Origin: Candidatus Thorarchaeota archaeon
GTDB taxonomy: Archaea > Asgardarchaeota > Thorarchaeia > Thorarchaeales > Thorarchaeaceae
Direction of reading: 5' to 3'
DNA length: 28,757 nucleotides
Assembly: GCA_048884785.1 (NCBI GenBank)
Contig: JBHLQM010000012.1
Span: 1-28,757 of the forward strand
In this document: one piece after another, positions 16,670 to 25,422 of the stretch
Layout: each line of letters starts with the position of its first letter
Position numbering within the stretch: the stretch's first letter is position 1
Made by a program: the position numbers and the translations under genes
The notes under the pieces: generated by a model
What the model was told of the DNA's origin: nothing
Databases searched by the model: none
The model's input: only the letters and a program-made list of their open reading frames with translations

Positions 16670-17644
16670 GTGTTTCCAATGAATCCGGTCAAACCCACCA
16701 GACTGCGTGAAGGGGATACAATCGGAGTTTTCTCACCTTCTTGGCCAACAGACAAACGGCAACAGTTTGACATCGGAATTGAAAAACTCAAGTCCTGGGG
16801 TTTGAAAGTAAAGATTGCAGATCATACACATAGTCAGCACTACTACAGCGCCGGGACACGAAATGATAGACTTGAGGATTTTCACACCCTCTGGGCAGAC
16901 CCAGAAGTGAGGATGGTGCTGATGTCTCAAGGTGGTAGCACAGCCAATCAGCTTCTAGATGGTATTGATTATGATATGCTCTTACTTGATCCCAAGATGC
17001 TAGCAGGAATCTCAGATGGGACCACATTGTTGAACGCGGTGCATGCGAGAACTGGACTAGTCACCTTTCATGGACCCGATGTGATTTGGACATTCGGTCT
17101 CGAGATGAGTCATCAGGTCGTGCAGAACATTAGGAGTACACTCTTTGATGGAAATCCCATTGATCTAAATCCAAATGTTAATTGGAAGCATCACCTGAAG
17201 CCAAGCGTGAAATATAACGGCTGGAGATGTCTTCGAGAGGGAAAAGCCACCGGCAGGCTTCTAGGCGGTCATATCAGAGTCCTCGCAAATACAATACTAG
17301 CTGGCTTCGGACCAGATTTTGAGGGGAGTATTTTGTTTCTTGAGGGCACGGACAGTGTCGCGCGTACGCATAGCTTCATTACAGCATTAAGATTGAACGG
17401 CGTTTTTGATTCGGTTGCGGGAGTAATTCTAGGATGGTTCGACGAGAGCGAATTAGTGGAGAAAGAACTCAACCGTCCAGTTAGTGAGGCATTTCTCGAA
17501 GAAACCAAAGGCTATGATTTTCCAATTCTTGAGATAGGCGAACTTGGGCACAATGTTGAGAACTATGTTCTACCTATTGGATGCAAGGCGACAGTTGATG
17601 CGACATTGAAGAAGATCTCAATAGATGAGTCCCCTGTTGTCTGA
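16670..17644 (+). CDS. Peptidase S66 (LD-carboxypeptidase/MccF family)
   Basis: 'LREGDTIGVFSPS', nucleophile 'GISD', 'TFHGP', 'ILFLE', 'GH....VLPIG', giving a Ser-Glu-His triad. Confidence 0.9.
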   Translation: MFPMNPVKPTRLREGDTIGVFSPSWPTDKRQQFDIGIEKLKSWGLKVKIADHTHSQHYYSAGTRNDRLEDFHTLWADPEVRMVLMSQGGSTANQLLDGIDYDMLLLDPKMLAGISDGTTLLNAVHARTGLVTFHGPDVIWTFGLEMSHQVVQNIRSTLFDGNPIDLNPNVNWKHHLKPSVKYNGWRCLREGKATGRLLGGHIRVLANTILAGFGPDFEGSILFLEGTDSVARTHSFITALRLNGVFDSVAGVILGWFDESELVEKELNRPVSEAFLEETKGYDFPILEIGELGHNVENYVLPIGCKATVDATLKKISIDESPVV

Positions 17645-17734
17645 CATGGAAAATCCTGAGATGCAAAATATAATCAGGCCTCAAGGGCAAATGTGCCTGT
17701 CAACAACACAGCATTTTCAATCGGGGGCAGACAA

Positions 17735-18427
17735 ATGGCAAAGCGAATAGGCATTCTTGGTGGCACAAGCCCTGAGTCAACTGCTGAGTACTATCTCCAC
17801 ATAACAAGGGAATACGCTCGACGGTTTGGTAATTTTGCATATCCAGAGATTCTAATTCATAGTCTCTCCTTTCAGGAAATCATTGACTGGCAGCAAAAGG
17901 GGCATTTCGACCAAATTGCCAAAAAAATGTCCAAGGGATTGAATACACTTCATTTGGCCGGTGCGGATTTTGGATTGATTGCCGCAGTCACCCTTCACAA
18001 GTATTTCAATGAGATATCTGCAAGGGTTGATATGCCATTAATCAGCATAGTCGAAGCAACGAAAGAAATCATAGTAAATAATGGGCATAGAAGGGTAGGA
18101 CTTCTAGGAACGAAAACGACCATGACTGAAGGATTCTTCATTCAAAGTCTTGTGAGTGAAGGGATTCAAATCCTGCTGCCAACTGAAAACGCTATTGATT
18201 CCATAAATTTCATTCTCTATAATGAAGCAGCGCAAGGAATCATCACCAATGAATCAAGAGAGGTATTCAAGGATACGATTAACTCACTGGATAAGCGGGG
18301 TGTGGAGGCGGTCATCTTGGGATGTACTGAAATCCCTTTATTTGTAAATCAGGCAGATTATCAGATTCCACTCTATAACGCAACTCAGATACATGCAGAC
18401 AAAGCCTTGGAGTGCGCTCTATCCTAA
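17735..18427 (+). CDS. Aspartate/glutamate racemase family (RacX/YgeA-like)
   Basis: 'IGILGGTSPESTAEYY', 'VGLLGT..TM', 'ILGCTEIP'; ATG 17735 follows GGGGG. Confidence 0.85.
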   Translation: MAKRIGILGGTSPESTAEYYLHITREYARRFGNFAYPEILIHSLSFQEIIDWQQKGHFDQIAKKMSKGLNTLHLAGADFGLIAAVTLHKYFNEISARVDMPLISIVEATKEIIVNNGHRRVGLLGTKTTMTEGFFIQSLVSEGIQILLPTENAIDSINFILYNEAAQGIITNESREVFKDTINSLDKRGVEAVILGCTEIPLFVNQADYQIPLYNATQIHADKALECALS

Positions 18428-18512
18428 CTTCCATACATCTGAAAATGTTGTGCTATAAGAGACTGAATGTACGAAATCCCTTCATTTAGCTAACACACTA
18501 AGTGCCAGTGCA

Positions 18513-18947
18513 TCAGCCAAATGAATACTGTGAATATGTTCCGTGAAATTCCGTCGGGACTCCTCTAAGCACTTCAACAAGTCTATCGGTTGCCTTAGCT
18601 GTCTTTAGAAGACGAGGCATATTCCCGGATATTTTCAATCTTCTAGTGATGAATGCACGGTTGGCTCCGATTTTTCCCAGAAGAATATCTACCCATGCGC
18701 GATAAGGCGCAGATAGTATGTATGATGTTTCACGTTCGCCTCTCCAAATATCTATCATCTTGCCTTCTTTTATTGCAAACCCAACAATGATGGTTTCCTC
18801 AATACCCGATTCAGGTTCAGCCTGAAGAACTAATGTATAAGAGTCATCCACTTTTTCTGCTAGCTTTCCATATTCAGTGTCACTATTCAAGACTGATTTG
18901 AATGTTGAAAGATATTCCTCGCTTGCCAGTTCCATTCGTTTTATCAT
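18513..18947 (-). CDS. SCP2 sterol/lipid-binding domain protein
   Basis: 'YILSAPYRAWVDILLGKIGANRAFITRRLKISGNM'; GAGGTGA just after the upstream stop. Confidence 0.8.
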   Translation of the reverse strand: MIKRMELASEEYLSTFKSVLNSDTEYGKLAEKVDDSYTLVLQAEPESGIEETIIVGFAIKEGKMIDIWRGERETSYILSAPYRAWVDILLGKIGANRAFITRRLKISGNMPRLLKTAKATDRLVEVLRGVPTEFHGTYSQYSFG

Positions 18948-18962
18948 ACTTTCTTCACCTCG

Positions 18963-19976
18963 TCAGATTTCAACTAAAACCTTCACATCTTCGCTTTCAG
19001 GGCGTATGAGTGATTCAAACCCTTCCTCAATGAGACTCTCAAGTCGAATGACCTTTGTTATTAGAGGTTCAACATCAATCTTTCCACTGGAGATGAGATC
19101 TATAGCTTCTGGAAATTCTGCATACCCTAAATAGCTGAAATCGATTGTTATCTCATTAAGTACTCCTGTCATGAAGTCTGCCTCGACTGGCTCTTCACAG
19201 ATTCCGAGTACGAGAATCTTCCCTCCTCGATTCACCAAAGAGAAACTCTCAGAACTTGGTTCTGCGGCTCCAGTGCATTCCACCACTAGGTCAATGCCGC
19301 CTTGCTTTGTTAACGTTTCAAGACCCAGCGCTAGAGGTTGTCTTTTTGGATTGATTGCCTGAGTGGAACCAAGCATGGAAGCGAGTCTTAGACGGGCATC
19401 CTTGACCTCAGACACGTAGACCTCACTGACACCTCTGTGTTTTGCATAGAGCAGTGTGAGAAGTCCGATTGGACCTGCACCAAGGATTAGCAACCTCAGA
19501 TCAGGTCTGAACGCAGTTCTCTTGAACCCTCGAACAACAATGGAGAGGGGCTCTACGAGTGCGGCGCCCCTTAGGTCCGTTCCAGGAGGAAGCCTATGCC
19601 ACACAGGTTCAGGTAATGCGACTAGCTCAGCCATTCCACCGTTCATCGAAATACCGGGCATCTGCATGTTTTCACAGAGAGAATACCGTTCTTTTCTGCA
19701 GTACCTACACTTCAGGCATGGAAGTAATGAATTGGGAACAACAGAGTCGCCCTTTGAAACACTTCTCACATCCTTTCCGGCCTCTTCAACAACTCCAGAG
19801 AACTCATGCCCGATGATCACGCCTCCCTCAAACATCCCATATTCCCATGCGCTAAGGTCAGTTCCACAGATTCCTACATACTTCGGTTTTACCAGAACAT
19901 CGTTGGGTCCAACTATGGGATCTGGGACCTCACGAAGTTCGATGTTTTGTGCGCCTTCATACACTGCAGCTCTCAT
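18963..19976 (-). CDS. Zn-dependent alcohol dehydrogenase (MDR; butanediol/threonine dehydrogenase-like)
   Basis: 'GICGTD', 'GHEFSG', C-x2-C-x2-C-x7-C structural Zn site, 'GAGPIG'. Confidence 0.9.
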   Translation of the reverse strand: MRAAVYEGAQNIELREVPDPIVGPNDVLVKPKYVGICGTDLSAWEYGMFEGGVIIGHEFSGVVEEAGKDVRSVSKGDSVVPNSLLPCLKCRYCRKERYSLCENMQMPGISMNGGMAELVALPEPVWHRLPPGTDLRGAALVEPLSIVVRGFKRTAFRPDLRLLILGAGPIGLLTLLYAKHRGVSEVYVSEVKDARLRLASMLGSTQAINPKRQPLALGLETLTKQGGIDLVVECTGAAEPSSESFSLVNRGGKILVLGICEEPVEADFMTGVLNEITIDFSYLGYAEFPEAIDLISSGKIDVEPLITKVIRLESLIEEGFESLIRPESEDVKVLVEI

Positions 19977-21701
19977 CTAATCATCACCGGGAAGTTGACA
20001 TCCTTCGAGCCAAACAGACGCCACTGAATCGAAATCCGGTGGAGCTAGATTGATGTTTGGGTCAATCACAACATCCAGAACAGCTGGCAGTCCTGATTCC
20101 TTTGCCTTCTCTAATGCAGGGCGTATCCCATCTGGCTTCTCAACTCGGATCCCGAAGCAACCCATCGCTTCAGCTATCTTGTCATACCGGATATCAACAA
20201 AGTCTACTCCGATATATCGCTCTTCATAGAGACCCTTCTGTCCAGCTTTAATCATACCGTATGCCCCATCATTTGCAATAATGATTGTAAAAGGGATGTT
20301 TCTCCGCCTAGCGGTCTCCAATTCTTGCACATTGAACATGAATGCTCCATCCCCTGATATGACAAATACATCTCTATCAGGATGAGCCAATTTAGCTCCT
20401 ATTGCATAGCCTGTACCCACTCCAAGGTGTCCTGAATCTGAAGGCCAGAGAAAAGTCCTTGGCTCGAATATCTTGTTCAAATAGATGGCCCAGACTGCAA
20501 TATTGCCGCCGTCAACAATGGAAATAGCATTTCGAGGGTAGAATTCCCGAACATCTTTTACTAGGCGCAGTGGATGTATGGGAGTGCAGTCGGCACAGCC
20601 CTGTGCCTCAAAATCTGCAAGCCAATTGGCTTGCGCCTCTCTACAATCTGCCATGGATGGTCTCGGCTTGGACCGAGGACGTTTCTTAATGATCTCATAT
20701 AGGTGCGAGAGGGTACTCTTGGCATCTCCTACAATTGGAATGTCGACAATTCGATTGTGAGCAATCATGTTGCCAGCGATGTCAATTTGTATCAATTTCT
20801 GATCCGCACGGTTAGCCCACCCTGGCTCACGGCCCCAGAAGTCGAGATCACCAAGTCTACCGCCCACAAGCAGCACGAGGTCAGCCTGACATTGAGCCCC
20901 TATGGCTCCAAAACTGCCAGGAGTCAGAGAGAGTGGGTGGTCTTCAGGAATCACGCCGCGTGCAAACACACTAGTTGTAACAGGAGCTTGAAGATGTTCC
21001 GCGATGGAAGTAATTTCCCTCCACGCCCCTGACTGCAAGACGCCGCCTCCTGCATGAATGAGCGGGAATTTTGCTTTCGAAAGCAATTCTGCCGCTTGCT
21101 GAATTAGCTCTGGATTTCCCACCGGTGGTTTTGTCATCCTATATTGGGGTGGAGAAACAATTCCATCTTCAAGGGTCTCTTCATCGCATTTGAGGTACAA
21201 CACATCAGACGGAATATCAAGATGAACCGGCGCCGGTCGCCCGGACAGTGATTCTCTGAATGCCCAGTGGACAAGATGTGGAATCCTCTGCCAATGGGAT
21301 ATGTTCGCTTGCCATTTCGTTACCGGTCGGAAGAGATCAACCTGATCCAATCCTTGGGTGCTTCCATGATCGGGGTATATTCGCCAAGACTGATTCTGGG
21401 CGCATAGTACGACCATTGGAATGCTATCTGCAAATGCCGGATAGACGCCCGGTATCAAATCGGCGGCACCAGGTCCAACCGTACCCAGGCACACACCTGG
21501 TTCTCCAGTGGTTCTTGCCCAAGCATCAGCAGCATGAGCTGCCGCTTGTTCATGTCTAAAAGTGATGAAATCGATTCCCTCGAGGTTGTATATTGCATCT
21601 AATAGTGGGTATAGCTGGTCACCAGGAACCCCAAACACAAACCGAACGTCTTCTTCCAATAGACAGCGTGCGACAACCTCGCCGCCTGTGAGTTTGGTCA
21701 T
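19977..21701 (-). CDS. Thiamine-pyrophosphate enzyme (acetolactate synthase / 2-hydroxyacyl-CoA lyase superfamily)
   Basis: 'FGVPG', 'RHEQAAAHAADAWAR', 'GPG', TPP motif 'GDGAF...ND..YGMI'; GGAGG favours ATG 21701. Confidence 0.9.
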   Translation of the reverse strand: MTKLTGGEVVARCLLEEDVRFVFGVPGDQLYPLLDAIYNLEGIDFITFRHEQAAAHAADAWARTTGEPGVCLGTVGPGAADLIPGVYPAFADSIPMVVLCAQNQSWRIYPDHGSTQGLDQVDLFRPVTKWQANISHWQRIPHLVHWAFRESLSGRPAPVHLDIPSDVLYLKCDEETLEDGIVSPPQYRMTKPPVGNPELIQQAAELLSKAKFPLIHAGGGVLQSGAWREITSIAEHLQAPVTTSVFARGVIPEDHPLSLTPGSFGAIGAQCQADLVLLVGGRLGDLDFWGREPGWANRADQKLIQIDIAGNMIAHNRIVDIPIVGDAKSTLSHLYEIIKKRPRSKPRPSMADCREAQANWLADFEAQGCADCTPIHPLRLVKDVREFYPRNAISIVDGGNIAVWAIYLNKIFEPRTFLWPSDSGHLGVGTGYAIGAKLAHPDRDVFVISGDGAFMFNVQELETARRRNIPFTIIIANDGAYGMIKAGQKGLYEERYIGVDFVDIRYDKIAEAMGCFGIRVEKPDGIRPALEKAKESGLPAVLDVVIDPNINLAPPDFDSVASVWLEGCQLPGDD

Positions 21702-21820
21702 CCATTCTCTCCTCCAAGTATATACAGTAGCAATTCTTGTGACCACCCTGTGATATATCGTTTCCGAGGGAAAGGATTGCTCAGTATCCTACGTAAGAGC
21801 AATGACTCATCGATACTCTA

Positions 21821-22207
21821 TTAGCCGCCGGGTCCTTCGCCAACAGGCTCTCGTGTTCCGGTTGCCAACTGCCAGAAGTTGTTGCGTTTTGACCACCATA
21901 GCGTCACTGGCTTTTCATTTCTCAGAAGGTCCACGTAGGTCAAATATGTTTCATATGGTCGAAACAGATAGACGCATTTCTCTCCGTCCTCATTGACACG
22001 TATATGGAGTTCTTCATTAAATTCCGGAATGTGCTTTCCATCCACGAATATCATATACACCTTATGAAAATCCTGAGTTACCTTTGGGTGACATTCGATG
22101 ATTGCCGTGACCAAGACTTCTCGATCAATGAGACCGCCAAAATCCTTCATATTCCTCTGTAAAAAGATACCATACGATTCGATGGCATAGCTAACTAAAT
22201 CATTCAT
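21821..22207 (-). CDS. Hypothetical protein with 'DLLRNEKPV...EPVGEG' C-terminus
   Basis: ATG 22207 follows GGAG; the C-terminal motif resembles one recalled from uncharacterised prokaryotic proteins (not verified). Confidence 0.6.
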   Translation of the reverse strand: MNDLVSYAIESYGIFLQRNMKDFGGLIDREVLVTAIIECHPKVTQDFHKVYMIFVDGKHIPEFNEELHIRVNEDGEKCVYLFRPYETYLTYVDLLRNEKPVTLWWSKRNNFWQLATGTREPVGEGPGG

Positions 22208-22384
22208 CTCATGTCCGTCTCCGACTAGATATACATAGAAATTATAGTTATTCAATCTTTGTGATTGTTTGTGTTCATTCTTGAAAATCTGTTTCTGATA
22301 CAGAAAGCGAAACATCCTCCAATCAATTTATTTGGATGTCGAATGGAGCGGAGAAACGATTTGGTAGATTAGCGGTGTTATGCA

Positions 22385-23881
22385 TTGGATAGAAGAATGG
22401 GAGTCATCAGTGTCTATGACAAAGCAGGAATAGTTGATTTCTGTAGGAGCGTGTCTTCCCATTATGAATTCATAAGCACAGGAAAGACAGCAGAACATCT
22501 GGAAGCCTCCGAGATTTCTGTTAGGAGTTTAGAAAGCGTTACCGAATATCCTGAAATTCTGGATGGCCGAGTAAAGACCCTTCATCCAATGATTCTGGGA
22601 GGCATCCTCGGAACAGCGCGACAAAAGAAGGAACTAGATCGATTAGGAATACATCCTATCGGATTAGTAGTTGTCAATCTTTATCCTTTTGAACAAGTAG
22701 TCCTCAAAAACCACAACATAATGGACGCATTGGAGAATATCGATATTGGCGGGGTCACACTTCTTCGCGCTGCTGCAAAGAATTTCCATGAAGTATTAGT
22801 TGTATGCTCTCCAAATGACTACCAAGTAGTTTCCGAGGCAATTACAAGGAATGAAGTTTCACTTGAATTGAGAAAGGATCTAGCAAAGAAGGCATTCCAG
22901 CATACGGCAAAGTATGACATTGCCATTAGCAGGTATTTCCAAAAAGATGAGCAATTTCCAGAGGATTTTCTTCTTGCTTTCGATAGGCCGCAAGAACTCC
23001 GCTATGGCGAGAACTGGCATCAACCTGCAAGATACTATCTCAATCCGAGAGTAATGCCATTCTATGAACAACTGCATGGAAAGGAAGTTTCCTACAACAA
23101 CCTTGTGGACTTCTATGCAGCAGTTGGCATTCTCTCAGAGAGCAATCTTCCGTCGTGTGCCATCATTAAGCATACAAGTCCCTGTGGATTCGCATCCGCA
23201 AAAGACATCGAGGAAGCCTTTGACGATGCATTTGCCACAGATAACCTCTCCGCATTTGGTTCAGCAATGGGGTTCAACAGAAAGATTACAGCAGGATTAG
23301 CAGAGAAGCTAAATGCCATGTTTGTTGATGCAATTATTGCACCTGCATATGAGGATGAGGCCCTTGAAATTCTAAAGAAGAAAAAGAATGTCATTCTCTG
23401 CAGATTCAAGGACTTCGAGATACCGGAATATTCCATCAGGTTGGTCCCAAATGGCGTACTTGTGCAACCAACAGATAGACGCATTCTCACCAATGAGGAT
23501 TTAACAACTGTAACAAAACAGAAACCATCACCGCACGAAGTTGAAGAGCTTCTGTTCGCTTGGAAAGTCGTGAAATATGCCAAGTCCAATGCTGCAGTGA
23601 TTGGCAAGGGAACAAAAACCCTAGGTGTTGGGATGGGCCAGTCTTCAAGAATTGCTGCAGTTGAGCTTGCTCTGAAAAGGGCTGGAGATAGAGCCAAAGG
23701 TGCAGTAATGGCTTCAGATGCATTCTTCCCATACAGGGATTCCATTGACTCAGCCGTATCAAAAGGAATTGTTGCTATTATCGCACCTGGCGGTTCTATT
23801 CGGGATTCGGAATCCGTGGCTGCCGCTGATGAAGCAGGAATTGCCATGGTTTGGTCTGGCGTTCGTTCATTCCTACACTAG
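22385..23881 (+). CDS. purH: Bifunctional AICAR transformylase / IMP cyclohydrolase
   Basis: 'GRVKTLHP', 'ENIDIGG', 'LRYGENWHQ', 'KHTSPCG', 'KSNA', 'ASDAFFP', 'PGGSIRD'. Confidence 0.95.
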   Translation: MDRRMGVISVYDKAGIVDFCRSVSSHYEFISTGKTAEHLEASEISVRSLESVTEYPEILDGRVKTLHPMILGGILGTARQKKELDRLGIHPIGLVVVNLYPFEQVVLKNHNIMDALENIDIGGVTLLRAAAKNFHEVLVVCSPNDYQVVSEAITRNEVSLELRKDLAKKAFQHTAKYDIAISRYFQKDEQFPEDFLLAFDRPQELRYGENWHQPARYYLNPRVMPFYEQLHGKEVSYNNLVDFYAAVGILSESNLPSCAIIKHTSPCGFASAKDIEEAFDDAFATDNLSAFGSAMGFNRKITAGLAEKLNAMFVDAIIAPAYEDEALEILKKKKNVILCRFKDFEIPEYSIRLVPNGVLVQPTDRRILTNEDLTTVTKQKPSPHEVEELLFAWKVVKYAKSNAAVIGKGTKTLGVGMGQSSRIAAVELALKRAGDRAKGAVMASDAFFPYRDSIDSAVSKGIVAIIAPGGSIRDSESVAAADEAGIAMVWSGVRSFLH

Positions 23882-23951
23882 TCTATGCTCGAAGATACCC
23901 ATACGCCAGCGAAAAGTTATACGTTTACATTTCAAAAAGATACTGAGAACG

Positions 23952-24272
23952 ATGAGGAACACAGGTCATTGTCCTAAATGCGGAGGAAATCAGGTAGCAG
24001 GTCCGCATCGTGTGCATGGCGGGCAAGATTGGATGAAGGTTGACCTTCCCGGTTTGTCAACAGCAACTCTCGACTCATTTACATGTGCTGAGTGCGGCTA
24101 TACTGAGTTTTACAGCGATCAGGGAGGGCTCAGGAATATTCGAAGCTCTGGAAGATTCATTCAGGGGGAGGGGAGCCAATTTTCGCAGGGTATAAGGAGA
24201 TGCCCTGTATGTGATACTGAGGTTCGCGCGGGGATGGGAAGATGTCCCGAATGTGGATACAGTCTTAATTAG
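23952..24272 (+). CDS. Double zinc-ribbon protein (106 aa)
   Basis: CPKC...CAECGYTEFY plus CPVC...CPEC; the track's start at 23718 overlaps purH, so ATG 23952 is preferred. Confidence 0.8.
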   Translation: MRNTGHCPKCGGNQVAGPHRVHGGQDWMKVDLPGLSTATLDSFTCAECGYTEFYSDQGGLRNIRSSGRFIQGEGSQFSQGIRRCPVCDTEVRAGMGRCPECGYSLN

Positions 24273-24301
24273 AAAGAATCTATCCAGTCATGATAGAATG
24301 T

Positions 24302-24439
24302 TCAACTTGCTTCTGCTATCTCTTCACAATGTATAAAATCAAGTTCCTCTCCTGAACCATGGAACCACAGAAGCAATCGATTTATGAGTTCCTCGAGTCG
24401 TTTCATTGTATTTTCTTCCTTGTGCTTTTTTGATTTCAC
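24302..24439 (-). CDS. Small hypothetical protein (45 aa), not in the ORF track
   Basis: GAGGGA then GTG: MKSKKHKEENTMKRLEELINRLLLWFHGSGEELDFIHCEEIAEAS*; fills an otherwise empty gap. Confidence 0.4.
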   Translation of the reverse strand: MKSKKHKEENTMKRLEELINRLLLWFHGSGEELDFIHCEEIAEAS

Positions 24440-24454
24440 TCGATTCCCTCAAAT

Positions 24455-24469
24455 TGTCAATAATTGACA
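24455..24469. promoter_or_regulatory. Palindromic operator candidate TGTCAAT-A-ATTGACA
   Basis: Perfect 7-1-7 inverted repeat 15 nt upstream of the small ORF start. Confidence 0.45.
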
Positions 24470-24533
24470 GGAAGAAAATCGTTCAAACCATTGAAAAGGA
24501 TTCTATTAAACGCAAGTTCGAGTTGTCACGAAC

Positions 24534-25085
24534 TCAGACAGAGTTTTTGAACCACAACTGGGTTTCCAAAGCATCATCTTCGTTCTCAAAAATGCCAAGT
24601 TGTTTCCCAATCTCAACTGCAAATTCCACATATGCTTGACCACGAGCGGTTATGATGTTCCCGTCCACTACTACATCCTCATTCGTTATTGTGCTTTCAT
24701 GAAAAACTCTGGATCCATATTCGGGCTCATGACTGTGAGTTATCCTCCGGTTTTTTATGACTCCAGCCTGAGCTAAAAATTCAGGACCTCCGCAAATAGC
24801 CGCAATGGGTGTACCTCGAGAATGAATTATTTGTATAAGATTCTGAACATCATCTCTATTCTTGTAGCTCTTTGGCTCTCCACCTGGAATTAGCAGAAGA
24901 TCAATGTCAGCAGGATTGACTTCTTCAAGAATCATATCTGCTTCAACACTCAATCCACAATAGCTTTTGACCATCTTTTCATCAATTGAGAACGTGTGAA
25001 GAGTTGAATGCCTTCTGAGAGCCATTAGGGATACCGTAACCTCAAACTCAACAAATCCATTATAGAGAAGCATGTACACGTTCAT
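24534..25085 (-). CDS. DJ-1/PfpI family protein
   Basis: 'GFVEFE', 'LLLIPGG', 'IAAICGGP', 'VVVDGNIITARG'. Confidence 0.9.
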   Translation of the reverse strand: MNVYMLLYNGFVEFEVTVSLMALRRHSTLHTFSIDEKMVKSYCGLSVEADMILEEVNPADIDLLLIPGGEPKSYKNRDDVQNLIQIIHSRGTPIAAICGGPEFLAQAGVIKNRRITHSHEPEYGSRVFHESTITNEDVVVDGNIITARGQAYVEFAVEIGKQLGIFENEDDALETQLWFKNSV

Positions 25086-25149
25086 GTGAAATCATTAATC
25101 GGGTTCAAGCTTGTCTAATAAAATGAATGTTCAAGGATAAGAGTATAGA

Positions 25150-25202
25150 TAGCAAAATTAGAAACGGAAAACGGGAAGGAATCAACCGGGCGACTCCTTC
25201 CC
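25150..25202 (-). terminator. Minus-strand hairpin followed by a U-rich tract
   Basis: GGGAAGGAGUC-8 nt-GAUUCCUUCCC (11 bp, one G-U), then GUUUUCCGUUUCUAAUUUUG. Confidence 0.55.
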
Positions 25203-25422
25203 TAACCAGTAGACAAGATCTGTAAGATAAATGGAGTGCAAGCGGTTATGATTGACGCAATCCATCCATCATTTCGTGTTTACCGATTCCCCTTTCCAGA
25301 GTTCAGAGAATCTGTTTGTTGGCATGCAGATTTCCCATGTGTTCTGGACTGTATGGGATGACTCATCAAAGCTTAATAAACCACTATCGCGAAGTCGCTA
25401 TAGTTCCTTTCTGGATATACCT

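Noticed and set aside
22995-23025. PurH motif variant YGENWHQ instead of YGENPHQ
   Set aside because: A single substitution with all other motifs intact and no basis for a functional claim.
23113-23847. Long antisense ORFs (244 aa here; also 19456-19980, 10463-10954, 15515-15922)
   Set aside because: They are shadows of well-supported genes on the opposite strand and carry no motifs.
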